From Candidatus Saccharimonadota bacterium (lineage in GTDB: Bacteria; Patescibacteriota; Gracilibacteria; BD1-5; UBA6164), in NCBI GenBank assembly GCA_965229705.1, contig OZ245922.1:510001-542000 (forward strand): a stretch of DNA of 32,000 nt, in the 5' to 3' direction. This document shows positions 18,922-29,413 of this stretch, piece after piece. The translations under genes and the position numbers were made by a program. Below the pieces are notes generated by a model. It made no database searches, had not been told where the DNA came from, and worked only from the letters and a program-made list of their open reading frames with translations. The stretch's first letter is position 1, and each line of letters starts with the position of its first letter.

Positions 18922-19044
18922 ACTAACAGCCTAATAAAGATAATATCCTTGTTTATGAGCAAGGGGGAAATACAGTTTTTTCTAACTATGATTTTATGGT
19001 TTTTGCCTTACTAAAGATTTATTTTGATAAGAATTGGTACAATC

Positions 19045-19635
19045 ATGTCTAAGATAGTTATTGATATTGTCCTGCTTCCAGACAATGGAATACAAAAAAT
19101 TTGTAGAGAGGTAAATAAAGCTATTTGATGAAAAATAGATTTTACCAATACAGGAAAAACACCTCATATTTCTCTTCTTATGGGAGCTGTAGAAGAATCT
19201 CAGCTGAAAGAACTCAATCAAAAGCTCATAAATATTTCTCAGAAGTATTCTAAAATATCACTTACTGGAAAACTAAAAAACTATACTATCAGAGACACAG
19301 GAGAAACATTATACGCGTATGATCTTGAAAAAAATGCAGAAATACTCAAAATGTTCACTGAAATATCTACAGAAATCAGACCTATACTTGAATACGAAAA
19401 TATTTCTACAGATATGTTTTATCAGCCTGAAGAGGTCGAGGAGCAGAGTATTGTATGGGTAAAGTGATTCCAAAATAGAACCCCTGAAGAATATTCTGGT
19501 CATATTACTCTTGGAATATGAGAATTGGATGGAGAGTCTGCAAATATGATACATTTTGAAGCCCTAAAAATTGCTGTATATCAGCTTGGAAATTATGGTA
19601 CTTGTGATAATCAATTATTTGAAATAGATTTATAG
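19045..19635 (+). CDS. 2H phosphoesterase superfamily protein (LigT/2'-5' RNA ligase-like)
   Basis: Two H-x-(S/T) motifs, TPHISLL and SGHITLG, about 110 aa apart. 196 aa. Contains supplied ORF 19180-19467 in frame. Confidence 0.65.
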
Positions 19636-19648
19636 CTACATAATAACT

Positions 19649-20206
19649 ATGAATAAAAAAGCACTTATTTGTATCGATTTCATCAACGAAATCATGCACC
19701 CTCAATGAAAACTCTCAGGGAAAGGATACGTAACATTTGCACAGGAAAATAACTCTATTACGAATATTCAAGCTCTTTTAGAAAAATATCGAAACGAAGA
19801 TACAGAAATTATCCACGTACGAGTTTGTTTTGATGCTGAGTATTCAAATCAACTAAAAAACTCTCCTCTTTTTGGGAAAGCTCATGAGTTTTGAGTATTA
19901 CAAGAAAATACGTGGTCTACAGAATTTTTAGAAGAACTCAAACCTCAAGAAAATGAAAAGATGTTTATTAAAAGAAGAGTAAGTGCTTTTTTTGAAACTG
20001 GACTTCATGAACACTTACAGTCTCAAGGTATCTCAGATATTACTATTATTTGAGTAGCAACAGACCTAGCAGTTGAATCTGCTGTGAGGGATGCTCATGA
20101 TAGGGATTATAATGTGAGTGTCATAGCTGATTGTTGTGTTGCTGCAAATATGAAAGACCATGAGAAGAGTGTGAATTTTATGGGCAAGATAGCAGAAATA
20201 ATATAA
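19649..20206 (+). CDS. isochorismatase-family cysteine hydrolase
   Basis: KKALICIDFINE..., FIKRRVSAFFETGLHEHLQSQGISDITIIGVATDLAVESAVRDAHDRDYNVSVIADCC. 185 aa. Confidence 0.85.
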
Positions 20207-20211
20207 TAACT

Positions 20212-20604
20212 ATGATACAGCTTTCAAAACAACAAAAAGATATGCTTTGGTGAGAAAATTGACCTTACTCTGAAGCAAAACTGACATATGAAACACGTAT
20301 TTTAGACGATGAAATTTCAAGACAGTTCATAAGTGTGAGTGTAAATATCAATCCTACCACCTATGAAATCTGTAAACAAAATGTGGAAGTATTTTCAAAA
20401 AATCTTCTTGTCTCTCAGCTGATTGAACATGCAGAAAATAATTGAGTACATTTCTGATACGAAGCCTCGGCTTTTTCAAAGCCATTTACACCACAAACAG
20501 AATGACAAGTTTTAGAGGAAGCAAAAATTGCTCTTGAATATTCAAAACAAACTATTGTTGAAATGCACCAATTTGTGATGCAGTTTCTTGATATAAAGAA
20601 GTAA
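20212..20604 (+). CDS. hypothetical protein, 130 aa
   Basis: Open frame with five TGA=Gly and a TAA stop, tightly packed after the isochorismatase gene. No recognisable motif. Confidence 0.5.
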
Positions 20605-20645
20605 AAATGTGATATCTTATAGTGGTATTCCAATTTTTCACCCCC

Positions 20646-20810
20646 CTACTCTCCACTCAAAAGCTCTTCTATCAAAGCCCGTTCTTGGGGAGTGAGTTGT
20701 ATATCATCTGGAACACTCTGATCGCCATCTCCAGCTATTTGCTGGTTTATATGAGATGTACATCATGCAATGAATAAACAAAAGATACAGAAGAAAAATA
20801 TGTGTTTCAT
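20646..20810 (-). CDS. small lipoprotein, 54 aa
   Basis: MKHIFFFCIFCLFIAGCTSHINQQ... is a signal peptide plus lipobox F-I-A-G-C. The lipobox Gly is a TGA codon. Confidence 0.5.
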
Positions 20811-20865
20811 AAAGATGAATAATATGCTATTGATAGTCCCTCTCATAAAATATATTTGTACTTTC

Positions 20866-20997
20866 TTTAAGGAAGTTCTGAGAAACTCCTTTTTTCTCTC
20901 CTTTTCCAAAGGAGAGATGGCTCGATAGAGACAGAGAGGATTAGAAAATTTTTGTTTTTCAGAGGTTCCTTAAAGGAGTTTTTCAGAGATTCCTTAA
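20866..20997 (+). repeat. MITE-like structured repeat, copy 2
   Basis: TTTAAGGAAGTTCTGAGAAACTCC-TTTTTTCTCTCCTTTTCCAAAGGAGAGATGGCTCGATAGAGACAGAGAGGATT...TTTTCAGAGGTTCCTTAAAGG, with an extra partial TIR copy at its right end. Confidence 0.6.
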
Positions 20998-21310
20998 CGC
21001 CGAAGACCAATATTTCTTGAAGAGCAATAAGTAACGCAAGAGTATGTATATCGCTTTGCGCTTCATACTGAATGAGGAGTATTTCTATCTTTTGAAGTAT
21101 TTTTTGCTTTTGTTCTTGATTCAAGTTCTCAATCACTCATCCATATCCTTGCTCTATGAGATAGATGTATTCTGACTTTTTCTCTCAAAAATATGATGAC
21201 TGGTACACTGCTCCATCTCAAAAATCCATATGATAATGCCCTGTGTCATGAGCATACGAAACACTCATTAAAAAAACAATACACAACAAAGAAATACATA
21301 TATTTTTCAT
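20867..21310 (-). CDS. secreted hypothetical protein, 147 aa; C-terminal ~45 aa encoded by repeat copy 2
   Basis: MKNICISLLCIVFLMSVSYAHD... (signal peptide). ...EQGYGGVIENLNQEQKQKILQKIEILLIQYEAQ..., then reads through the repeat to TAA 20867-20869. Confidence 0.45.
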
Positions 21311-21449
21311 ACACCATTGAAAATATTATCGTGTGTATCATACGATTTTTGAAGAAAAAACAACTCTCAAAATGCGGGTAGTAAAAAAATATTTCCCCTC
21401 TCTCAAGAAATATATATGATATATCTTTATATACCTTTATCCTCATCTC

Positions 21450-21857
21450 ATGACTATTTTCTCTGATATTGTACAAAAAAAATCTCCTGCATGGATTGTA
21501 TACCAAGATGAACTTGTCACTGCTTTTTTTGACTATTTCCCTGCAAGTATGTGACACCTACTCATCGTTCCCAATGAGATATATGAAAATATTTTTGATA
21601 TTCCTGAAAACACTCTCAGTCATCTTGCAAAAGTCTCAAAAAAAATAGCTCTTGTATACAGAGATATTCTGGGAGTGAAAGATATGAATTTTATCCAAAG
21701 TAACTGAAAAATAGCAGGTCAAGAAGTTTTTCACTATCATATGCATTTGATTCCTCGCTATGAAAATGACACAGTGAGTTTTTCATGGAAACATCATGAA
21801 GACCTGAGAGAACGCTACAATGATTTACAAAAAAAGATACAAGAGCAACTGATATAG
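21450..21857 (+). CDS. HIT-family nucleotide hydrolase/transferase
   Basis: [43 protein letters not shown]...[15 protein letters not shown] (histidine triad). 135 aa. Confidence 0.85.
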
Positions 21858-21900
21858 TCTCTCATGCTCCTAAACTGTAAAATATCCGCATTTCTCTAAG

Positions 21901-24006
21901 TTACTCATCATACCCATCAAAGAGTCTCCCTCTTGCCTGAATAAAAAGCTCAGGTCTACCAGAAATTCGTTGAATATGTGACATAAATATTGTTTTATCT
22001 ATTCTCTCTCACTGGTGGTAAAATAGTATCTCTCCACCGATTCACACATCTACCTTATAAGCTGACTGCTCTCACAGTGCCATATTGATCATATCTATAA
22101 ACACTTTTCGCGTACGAGGGTCATTTGCTCATCACTCTCATATTGCTGGGCTAAATGTTCACTCAAAAGTCATCGTCGCAGGATCAAAACCAGATACAAT
22201 ATCTCCACTTGGGAGACGAATACTATTATTGCCTGAAAGAGTCGAAAATACATTCAGGTTCATAAATCTCGCAACCATCGATGATACACCAAGATCTTCT
22301 ATAAACGAAAGTGATGATCTCACTCGTTGTTTTCGCTGTTCTAGCTCTACTTGGTCAAAATTGATATTTCTCAAAAATCACTCAAACTCTCTTGTGATTC
22401 GTAAGGCCTCTGACTCTATATCTGCAATAGAGCTCTCTAGTGTTGTCTTGAGAATCTCTCTTTGAGTCTCTTGGTGGCGAAGCTCGTCCAATTCCTCTTG
22501 CTCCTCGGGAGATCGTTCACTCAGAGACTCAAGTGCAATGAGGCGATTTTCTACATCAATGATGTTCTGATAATCTCTTGTGAGTTGTTGAAATGTTTGC
22601 TGGAGTTCTCGTTGCTGAGTGGAATATGTTCTTTGGGTATCTTGAATTTCTTGTTTGTTTGGAAACTCGGGAAGCTCTATAGGAAGTCTAAGTCCGTCTT
22701 GTCAGACAATGTATGCTTGAGCCGAAGTACCTGAGGTGTCTACCTGCATATCATCAAGTATGAGAATGTCTCCATTATGGATAATCTCTGAGGCGTCACT
22801 GTTATCTCCAAAAAACCGAATTATCTGCAAGTCTTGTATCTGAGCGCTGGAATTTTCAAGCAGAGTAAGCTGAGCCTCAATATCGTCTATCATGTCTCAA
22901 AGTTCGCTATCATATTGCGCAAATCATCTGAGAAATTCTCGAGTCTGATCAAGAACTGTTTTTCAGAGGGACTGAGCGTGTAGGAGAATGTCTCGCAGTA
23001 TTGCTCCATTGTTTGCTCGGAGTTCACTGATGATAGTGTCTCGGAGTTCTCTGATATCTTCGAGAGCCATATCCACACTCATAGAGGCAAAAGAGTTTTG
23101 CAGTACTGGTGAAATGGGGAAATTGTGGAATGTCAAAAACTCAGAAAAAGCTTGAAGTTCTCAAATTTGTTGCTCCACTTCTTTTTTGCTTTCCTGTACT
23201 CAAAGCTTTTCTCAATCTCTTTGTTCACTGATGACTCAATTTTCTCATATAGTTGTTGATATCTCCATATGAATCTGCTTATTTTTATTATCAGTAGAAG
23301 TGCGTTGTATACTGCTTATAATCTCTTGAATGAGCCGATACTTTTCCTCAAGTTGTTCTCGGTATCTGGGTGAGATGTGTGCGTCTGAGAGGAGCGCTTT
23401 GACCCTTCACTGAGCAAACTCTAGCTCAGAGAGAGTCATCTCTTCAGGATTGTAGGCAAATACTGCTTCTATCTCATCTCGATGAGTATGCCTTAAAAAC
23501 TGAGTTAAAAGCTGATTAAGTTGATCTTTATTATGAAACATCTCTCCTCAAAACTTCTTATCAATCAGTTTCTGAAAAATGCTGCCATTATTTGCGAGTA
23601 TATCATAAAGTGCTTCTCGTTGCGCATCAGAAACTTCGGAAGAAGCAAGAAGTCTCAGCGCAGCATCATATCATGGATAGTCTGCGTAGTCTTGTAAAAG
23701 TTCTATTGCTCGGATGTCTTCGTCCAGTTCTGCATCTCGATAACTACTCTCAAGAGATGTGCCTCAAGATGAGCTTTGATGTTCTCTCAGCTCTGCACTC
23801 ACAAGTTCACGAAGGTGCTGGAGTCATACTTGTGTCTCTGAGTGTATTAGTGAAATTTCTCTGAGTTTCTCACTTTCTAGCTCTTTCGGAACTATATCCT
23901 GACTTGTTTCTTCTCCAAGGATCTTTCAAAAAGACGATCTATGCAAATCATCTATTGTGAGAGTATGTTCTCCGTCTTGAAATGTAGGATTAGCACTCAG
24001 TGACAT
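21901..24006 (-). CDS. large acidic coiled-coil protein, 701 aa, unknown function
   Basis: Verified line by line from 24006 to TAA 21901-21903; only TGA interrupts. Joins supplied ORFs 22159-22374 and 22702-22893 in frame. Gln/Glu/Leu-rich heptad-like stretches, no signal peptide, no catalytic motif recognised. Confidence 0.6.
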
Positions 24007-24112
24007 CTCAAACAATAACTATGTATTCCTCTCCATAATATCCTATATTTTCTATAGACGCAAATATTGAGAAATATAAGATCTCGTCGAATAAGTGAAA
24101 AAACTGTTAACG

Positions 24113-24817
24113 CTAAAAATCACTCAAATCTATTCCCATAGCCTCCAGCTCTTCGGTGAGACCTTGTAATTCTTGACTAAGTGCATCTAGCCTTTTTCTC
24201 TCCATTTCAGCTAAATCACGACTTCGTATAAGTTCCTGTTGTTCTGCCAATAAAGCCGCGAGCCGCTCCTCGAGAGTTACTGTCTTTGCTTGTTCTTCTT
24301 GAATGTAAGCTTGATGTTCTGCAAATGCTTTATCACTTGCTGCTCGCTCCTCATCTAAGCGCTCTTGAGTAATCGCAAACTCTTCATCTCACTGCTCATA
24401 TATTTGTTTGAATTGATAAATATCTCACTGTTCAAGTTCTTCTACACCAAACAACCAAAGGTTTGAAACCATATTGTCATACGAGATTTGTGTTGGATGA
24501 TCAAAAAAGAAATAAAACTCTTCCGCTGCGAATCCTCGATCTTCATCATCCTCGATACTCACAATATATCGCTCAAAAAGATCCTTCATATATGGTATAT
24601 ACTTGTCATCTATCACTGTAATATCTTCATTAAAAAGATACTCCTGAAGAAAACTGCGCTGCTCATCAAGGTCTCATAGTTCTCATTCTCAAAGTTGTAC
24701 ACGGAGTTGATCTCGCTTGAGCTGTTCTATACCATCTCGAACACTCTGAAAAATTTCTGATCATGGATTGTTTCATGATTCATCAAAAGATGCTAGTTCT
24801 GCTTGGTGCATAGTCAT
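24113..24817 (-). CDS. acidic coiled-coil protein, 234 aa, unknown function
   Basis: MTMHQAELASFDES...; contains supplied ORF 24425-24616 in frame. C-terminal half ERLDEERAASDKAFAEHQAYIQEEQAKTVTLEERLAALLAEQQELIRSRDLAEMERKRLDALSQELQGLTEELEAMG. TAG stop. Confidence 0.6.
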
Positions 24818-24902
24818 AAGTAAGGAAATACGTCATCTCTGTATATCGTATCCTATATTTTCTTGGGTGTCAAAATTTAGGCTATAGCTTTGTAATAAGA
24901 GC

Positions 24903-25040
24903 TTGAAGAACCTCTGGGGAAGTTCTTTTTTCTCTCTTTTCAAAAAAAGAGAAGAATCTATTTTCCCCTCCCTTACCAAGGGAGGGGTGAGGGGAGGGTT
25001 ATATATTCTAGAGATGCCTCAATAGAGCCAGAGAGGATTG
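24903..25040 (+). repeat. MITE-like structured repeat, copy 3, with a nested GC-rich insert
   Basis: CTTGAAGAACCTCTGGGGAAG...TTCTCTCTTTTCAAAAAAAGAGAAGAA...[CCCCTCCCTTACCAAGGGAGGGGTGAGGGGAGGG]...GAGATGCCTCAATAGAGCCAGAGAGGATT. The right TIR is degenerate. Confidence 0.5.
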
Positions 25041-25084
25041 CATTTCTCTTGCCCTATGAAGGTCAAAGTGTGAAAATGAAAACC

Positions 25085-25663
25085 CTACAATTTATACCTC
25101 CACCCGTATTCTTTCAGGTGTTTTTCTTTTTCTCTATATTCTGGCATGATCTGTGAAACATGCTTCCAAAATCGAGCACTATGATTCATTTCTTTGAGAT
25201 GACATAACTCATGAATAATTACATAGTCTATACAGTCTTTTGGAGCCATAACGAGCCTGTAGGAAAAATTTAGGTACTTCTTACTTGAACAACTTCCCCA
25301 GCGAGTATTTGCCGAGCTTATTTTGATATCTTTATATACAAAACCATATTTTTTCGCCAGTTGCTGGCAACGAGGTTTGATATATTCGTGAGCCTGTTTT
25401 TTATAAAAAGATTCCCATTGTTTTTTTGTTCAATCTGTCTTTGGAAGAGGATGAGGATTCCCAAATAAATAGTGTACTCACGCCTCTTTTTTTCTTTCAG
25501 AGATTTTTTCATAGTGTTTTTGTATCCACTTGTGATTCTTTTGTATAAAAGCATCTATCTGACTCTCAGGAAGAAGTTTTGGGGCTTTTACTTGGAGCGT
25601 TCCACTTGCATCAAAACTCATAGAAAGAGTTTTTCTCCATGATTTTGTAATATTAATCTCCAT
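25085..25663 (-). CDS. YgjP-like metal-dependent hydrolase (DUF45 / M48 family)
   Basis: MEINITKSWRKTLSMSFDASGTLQVKAP...ISSANTRWGSCSSKKYLNFSYRLVMAPKDCIDYVIIHELCHLKEMNHSARFW (HExxH). 192 aa, TAG stop. Confidence 0.8.
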
Positions 25664-26000
25664 GCTGTATAATACCAAAAAAGTTGCCAAAGGGATCTTC
25701 AAAATCCCCCATTATTATCCCTCCTCACACATTCACTGGGTCACCGAGAGGTTTTGCTCAGAGATTTGTGATTCTGGTATATTCTTTTTCCATATCTTCC
25801 ACACCCCAGTATATATTTATCCTATGGTGTTTACCTTCTTCAACATCATCTGCAAAAACTCCAAACTCACATCCGTCTATCTCAAAACCAATATAATTTT
25901 CGTTTTGAAAATATGGTTGTTTCTCAAAGATTTTTTCATACCAATCTGATACTTTTTGTATATCAGGGTGTCTCAGTATATGTGATCGGAGTCCAAGCAT
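25653..26000 (-). CDS. VOC/glyoxalase-family protein
   Basis: Supplied ORF 25758-26000 continued through TGA: ...ITNLGAKPLGDPVNVGGGIIMGDFEDPFGNFFGIIQHGD. Its stop overlaps the ygjP-like ATG by 11 nt. Confidence 0.7.
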
Positions 26001-26013
26001 AGTGAGTAATTTC

Positions 26014-26304
26014 CTATATAATAAAGTCTTTTGATACTCTTCCGTCCTTCACTTCTATCCCATCTTTTCTGAGTCTTCGAATTTTTTCCTCTACTCCTCA
26101 TAAACCATTATATCCCGAAACCTTTCATGAATGAGAAATAACTTTATAGCAGGGAAAAAAATCTGGCGCATCATTGTACTTCATCGTCATAGCCACTTTT
26201 CGTGGATGAACTCAGAATGCATCAGCCAAAGTTTTATACGTCATCACTTTCCCTTTTGGGATACCAAGAAGATACTCAAGTATATCTTGCTGTATATTTG
26301 TCAT
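26014..26304 (-). CDS. MGMT-family protein (O6-alkylguanine transferase DNA-binding domain; variant PCYKV motif)
   Basis: MTNIQQDILEYLLGIPKGKVMTYKTLADAFGVHPRKVAMTMKYNDAPDFFPCYKVISHSGKVSGYNGLGGVEEKIRRLRKDGIEV. 96 aa, verified line by line. Confidence 0.7.
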
Positions 26305-26315
26305 GCTCTCATGTT

Positions 26316-27563
26316 TTATGATTTATTTTCAAATTCTCTAGCAACACTTGGACTATCTTTTGTCAGTTTTTTTATGGAAAGATCTGTTGCCTTATTATTT
26401 GCTAGCCGGAAATTATTTTCAGACTTGATAAGATGTTCTTTAACCTTAGTTAGGTGATCAATGGTCTTATCTATTTCATCTATTGCTGTGTAAAATTGCT
26501 TTGACGCAAGAGAATAGTTTCTGGAAAATGCTTCTTTAAAATCATTCATGTTTGACTCAAAATTCGAGACATCAATATTTTGATTATTGAGCCTCTGAAT
26601 TTCTTGTTGCAGATGTTGAGACTTGATACACGCCTCTCTAAGAAAACCAATGAGAGCAATAAAGTGCTGAGGTCTTATAACATACATCTTTTTATGCTCA
26701 TGAACAACGACTATATCATTGTAGTACTCATTATCTCTTTCCAGGAGACTCACCAGCACTGCATATTCACACTTTTTTTCGTTTCGGTCTTTATCAAGTT
26801 TTTTAAAAAAATCTGAATTTTTTTTCTTTGTTGCGGTAGTATCAATCTCATTTTTCATCTCAAACATAATAGATAATATCTCATTTCCATTATTGTCATA
26901 TTCTCTATAAATATAATCTCCTTTTGTTCATCATGAAGCATCGTTATCTTTTGTGAATTCCGCATTTGGAAAAGCAATCGATCGAATCTTATTAAACTCA
27001 TTCTCACAGTGAATTTCGAGTGACTCACCGAGCATTTTTGTGCTCATCTTCATGCGCATTTCTTTGGTATATACCAATGCCTCTTCTGTTGCTTTGAGTT
27101 GCTCTTTGAGTTTTTCTTCACCGAGTTCTTTTTGATGCTTCATTTCTTGTATTTCTGACTCTTTTTGCTTGAGTTCTGCTCGAAAGTTTGCCTCTATCTC
27201 TTGCTTTTGCTTGAGTGCATGTAGCTCTGCCTGAGATGTATACTTTTCTTCGATATTTTTTAACTTTCATTGCAACTCTATAATCTCCTTATCTTTTTGC
27301 GTCAAGCTATCTTTTGATTTATCGGCATACTCTCTCTCTTTGAGCGCTAAATCTTTTTGAAAGTCATTCTCCACGCGAGCTACTTCCTCTTGAAGCTTTG
27401 CATTAAACTGTTCCATTTTTATAGATCGAACAACATTCTCAATAGAAGTTTTGTCTATATCAAGATCATGAAGAGATTCTAAATCAATAATATCCCCCTG
27501 ACTTGCTGACTCTAACAATATAAGTGTATTTTCGTCTTTTATTGAGACTTTGATTTTTTTCAT
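26316..27563 (-). CDS. DUF2130-like protein (N-terminal coiled coil, C-terminal nuclease-like domain)
   Basis: Joins supplied ORFs 27267-27569, 26931-27143 and 26316-26867 through TGA. GESLEIHCENEFNKIRSIAFPNAEFTKDNDASGGTKGDYIYREY...MFEMKNE...KKCEYAVLVSLLERDNEYYNDIVVVHEHKKMYVIRPQHF. The family assignment is from memory of DUF2130 motifs. Confidence 0.7.
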
Positions 27564-27572
27564 ACACACAAA

Positions 27573-29222
27573 TTATAAGCAAATAATATCAATAACCCGT
27601 ATCATAATACCTCTATTCCCTTGCCAAGAATCTTCACCTAACTCACAAATTATATGCATTTTTTCTTGAGAACGAATTTCTTCATACCATTCTCCCATTC
27701 CAAAGGCAAATATTTTAAAGCCATAGCGATTTTCAAAACGGAGATGTTCTCGACCTTGTCAGAGAAATTTTATTCCCTGATTTTCAAAATTTTCTATTAA
27801 AAAAATTGGCGATGCGTTCCCCATACCAAAAGGCTTAAAAGCAGATATTTTTTCAAGAAGTTTCAAACCTATCTCGCTGAGTTGTATTTTTGCGTCAACT
27901 TCTACTTCTTTTTTATACTGTGAAAAATCCTGCGCGTTTACCTCTGCAAGAATATTTTTTTGAAACTCAGAGAATTTTTCTTTGAGAATGCTAAATCCCG
28001 CTGCCTGTTTATGCCCTCAAAATGAGATAAAAACATCTTTGTATTTCTCCAAAATATCTACCATAGAAAAATACTCTGGTGATCGACAACTCGCAACAAG
28101 TTTTTCTCCCTCATCTATCAAAACAATACTTGGTTTATAATATTTTTCGGTTATACGACCAGCTACAATCCCTATAATGCCATGCGTAATATCTTTTGAA
28201 TGAAAAAATACAATATTATCTTTGGGATTGATTGCTTCAAGCGCTCTGTCAGTGAACTGTTTTGTTTTGAGTTTCCTGACTTCATTGAGAGACTCTATTT
28301 TTGCAAGTGTTGATGGAAGAGTTGAACTATTATTCAGTAAAGCATTTACCGCAAGATACGGGGTATCCATTCTTCCTGCTGCATTTAACCGTGGACCAAT
28401 GTGAAATCCAAAAATATCTCCATCAAACTCTTCTCCTACTCTATCTTCTATCATGGCGTAGAGACCATTACTGCGTGAATGTTTGAGTTGTTTGAGTCAT
28501 TCTCGAACGATGATATGATTTTCATCCGTGAGTGTCATACAGTCTGCTACCGTTCCTGTGGCAACGATATCAATACAGTTTTGGATATATTTTTGATATT
28601 CATCAGGAGAAAGATACTGCTGCATAAGAGCACATATAAGTTTCAATACTACTCCTGCACCACATAATCAAGTGAAAGGATATTTGCAGTCTGGGCGACT
28701 TGGATTGATAAATGCTTGTGCGTCTATTGGCATATTTTCTGGAACATGATGATGATCCGTGATGATGATATCAAGTCATTTTTCTTTTGCTCGAGAGACA
28801 ATCTCTGCGTCTCGCGATCCGCAATCTACAGTGATGAGGAGATCTACTCAGAGCGAGATAGCTTCATCAATAAACTTATCTTTGAGTCCATAGCCGTCTT
28901 CTACTCTGTGGGGAAGTCTATAGCTTGATCGGATTTTGAGTGTTTGGAGGCAGTGCATCAAGAGTGCTGTTGAGGTAACACCATCAACATCGTAATCCCC
29001 AAAGATCATAAGAGTTTCTCCATTTTCTTTTGCTTTTTGTATCCTTGCTACCGCCTTGTCCATATCTCTGAGAAGATATGGATCATACAAATCTGCAAGT
29101 GTTTTTTGAAAAAATGTTTCATCATTTCAAAACCTTTCTCTCAAAATATCTGTAATATCTTTTGAGAGTTTTTTCGGATCTTGGAGAATATACTGCCCTG
29201 TGAGACTGAGTGTTTTTTGCAT
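27573..29222 (-). CDS. recJ: single-stranded-DNA-specific exonuclease RecJ
   Basis: DHH motifs MIFGDYDVDGVTSTALL, LLITVDCGS and IIITDHHH; DHHA1 GGHKQAAGF. Joins supplied ORFs 28848-29090 and 28017-28454 in frame. 549 aa, TAA stop 9 nt before the DUF2130 ATG. Confidence 0.9.
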
Positions 29223-29413
29223 TTCTTCTTTTCTTTTTCTAAAAAATCACATTCATAGTAGCCCTTTTTACATAATTTCAAAGTCCTATTCTCTGCAAAA
29301 TATTCCCTCTCTGCTTCGGTACCTCTACTCTATCAAGCAAAGAAAATACATAGTTCCTCAAAGGGAGAAACGAAACTTTACTTTTTTTGTGTTTCTTTAT
29401 AATTCTGTGGCGT

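Noticed and set aside
21246-21557. Supplied 103-aa minus-strand ORF.
   Set aside because: Its upstream half (21450-21557) is antisense to the HIT-family gene (21450-21857, clear HxHxHxx motif) and the rest is off-frame over the 20867-21310 secreted-protein gene region; no recognisable features.
25318-25554. Supplied 78-aa minus-strand ORF.
   Set aside because: It is out of frame with the YgjP-like gene, which reads continuously through this region with the conserved HELCH motif.
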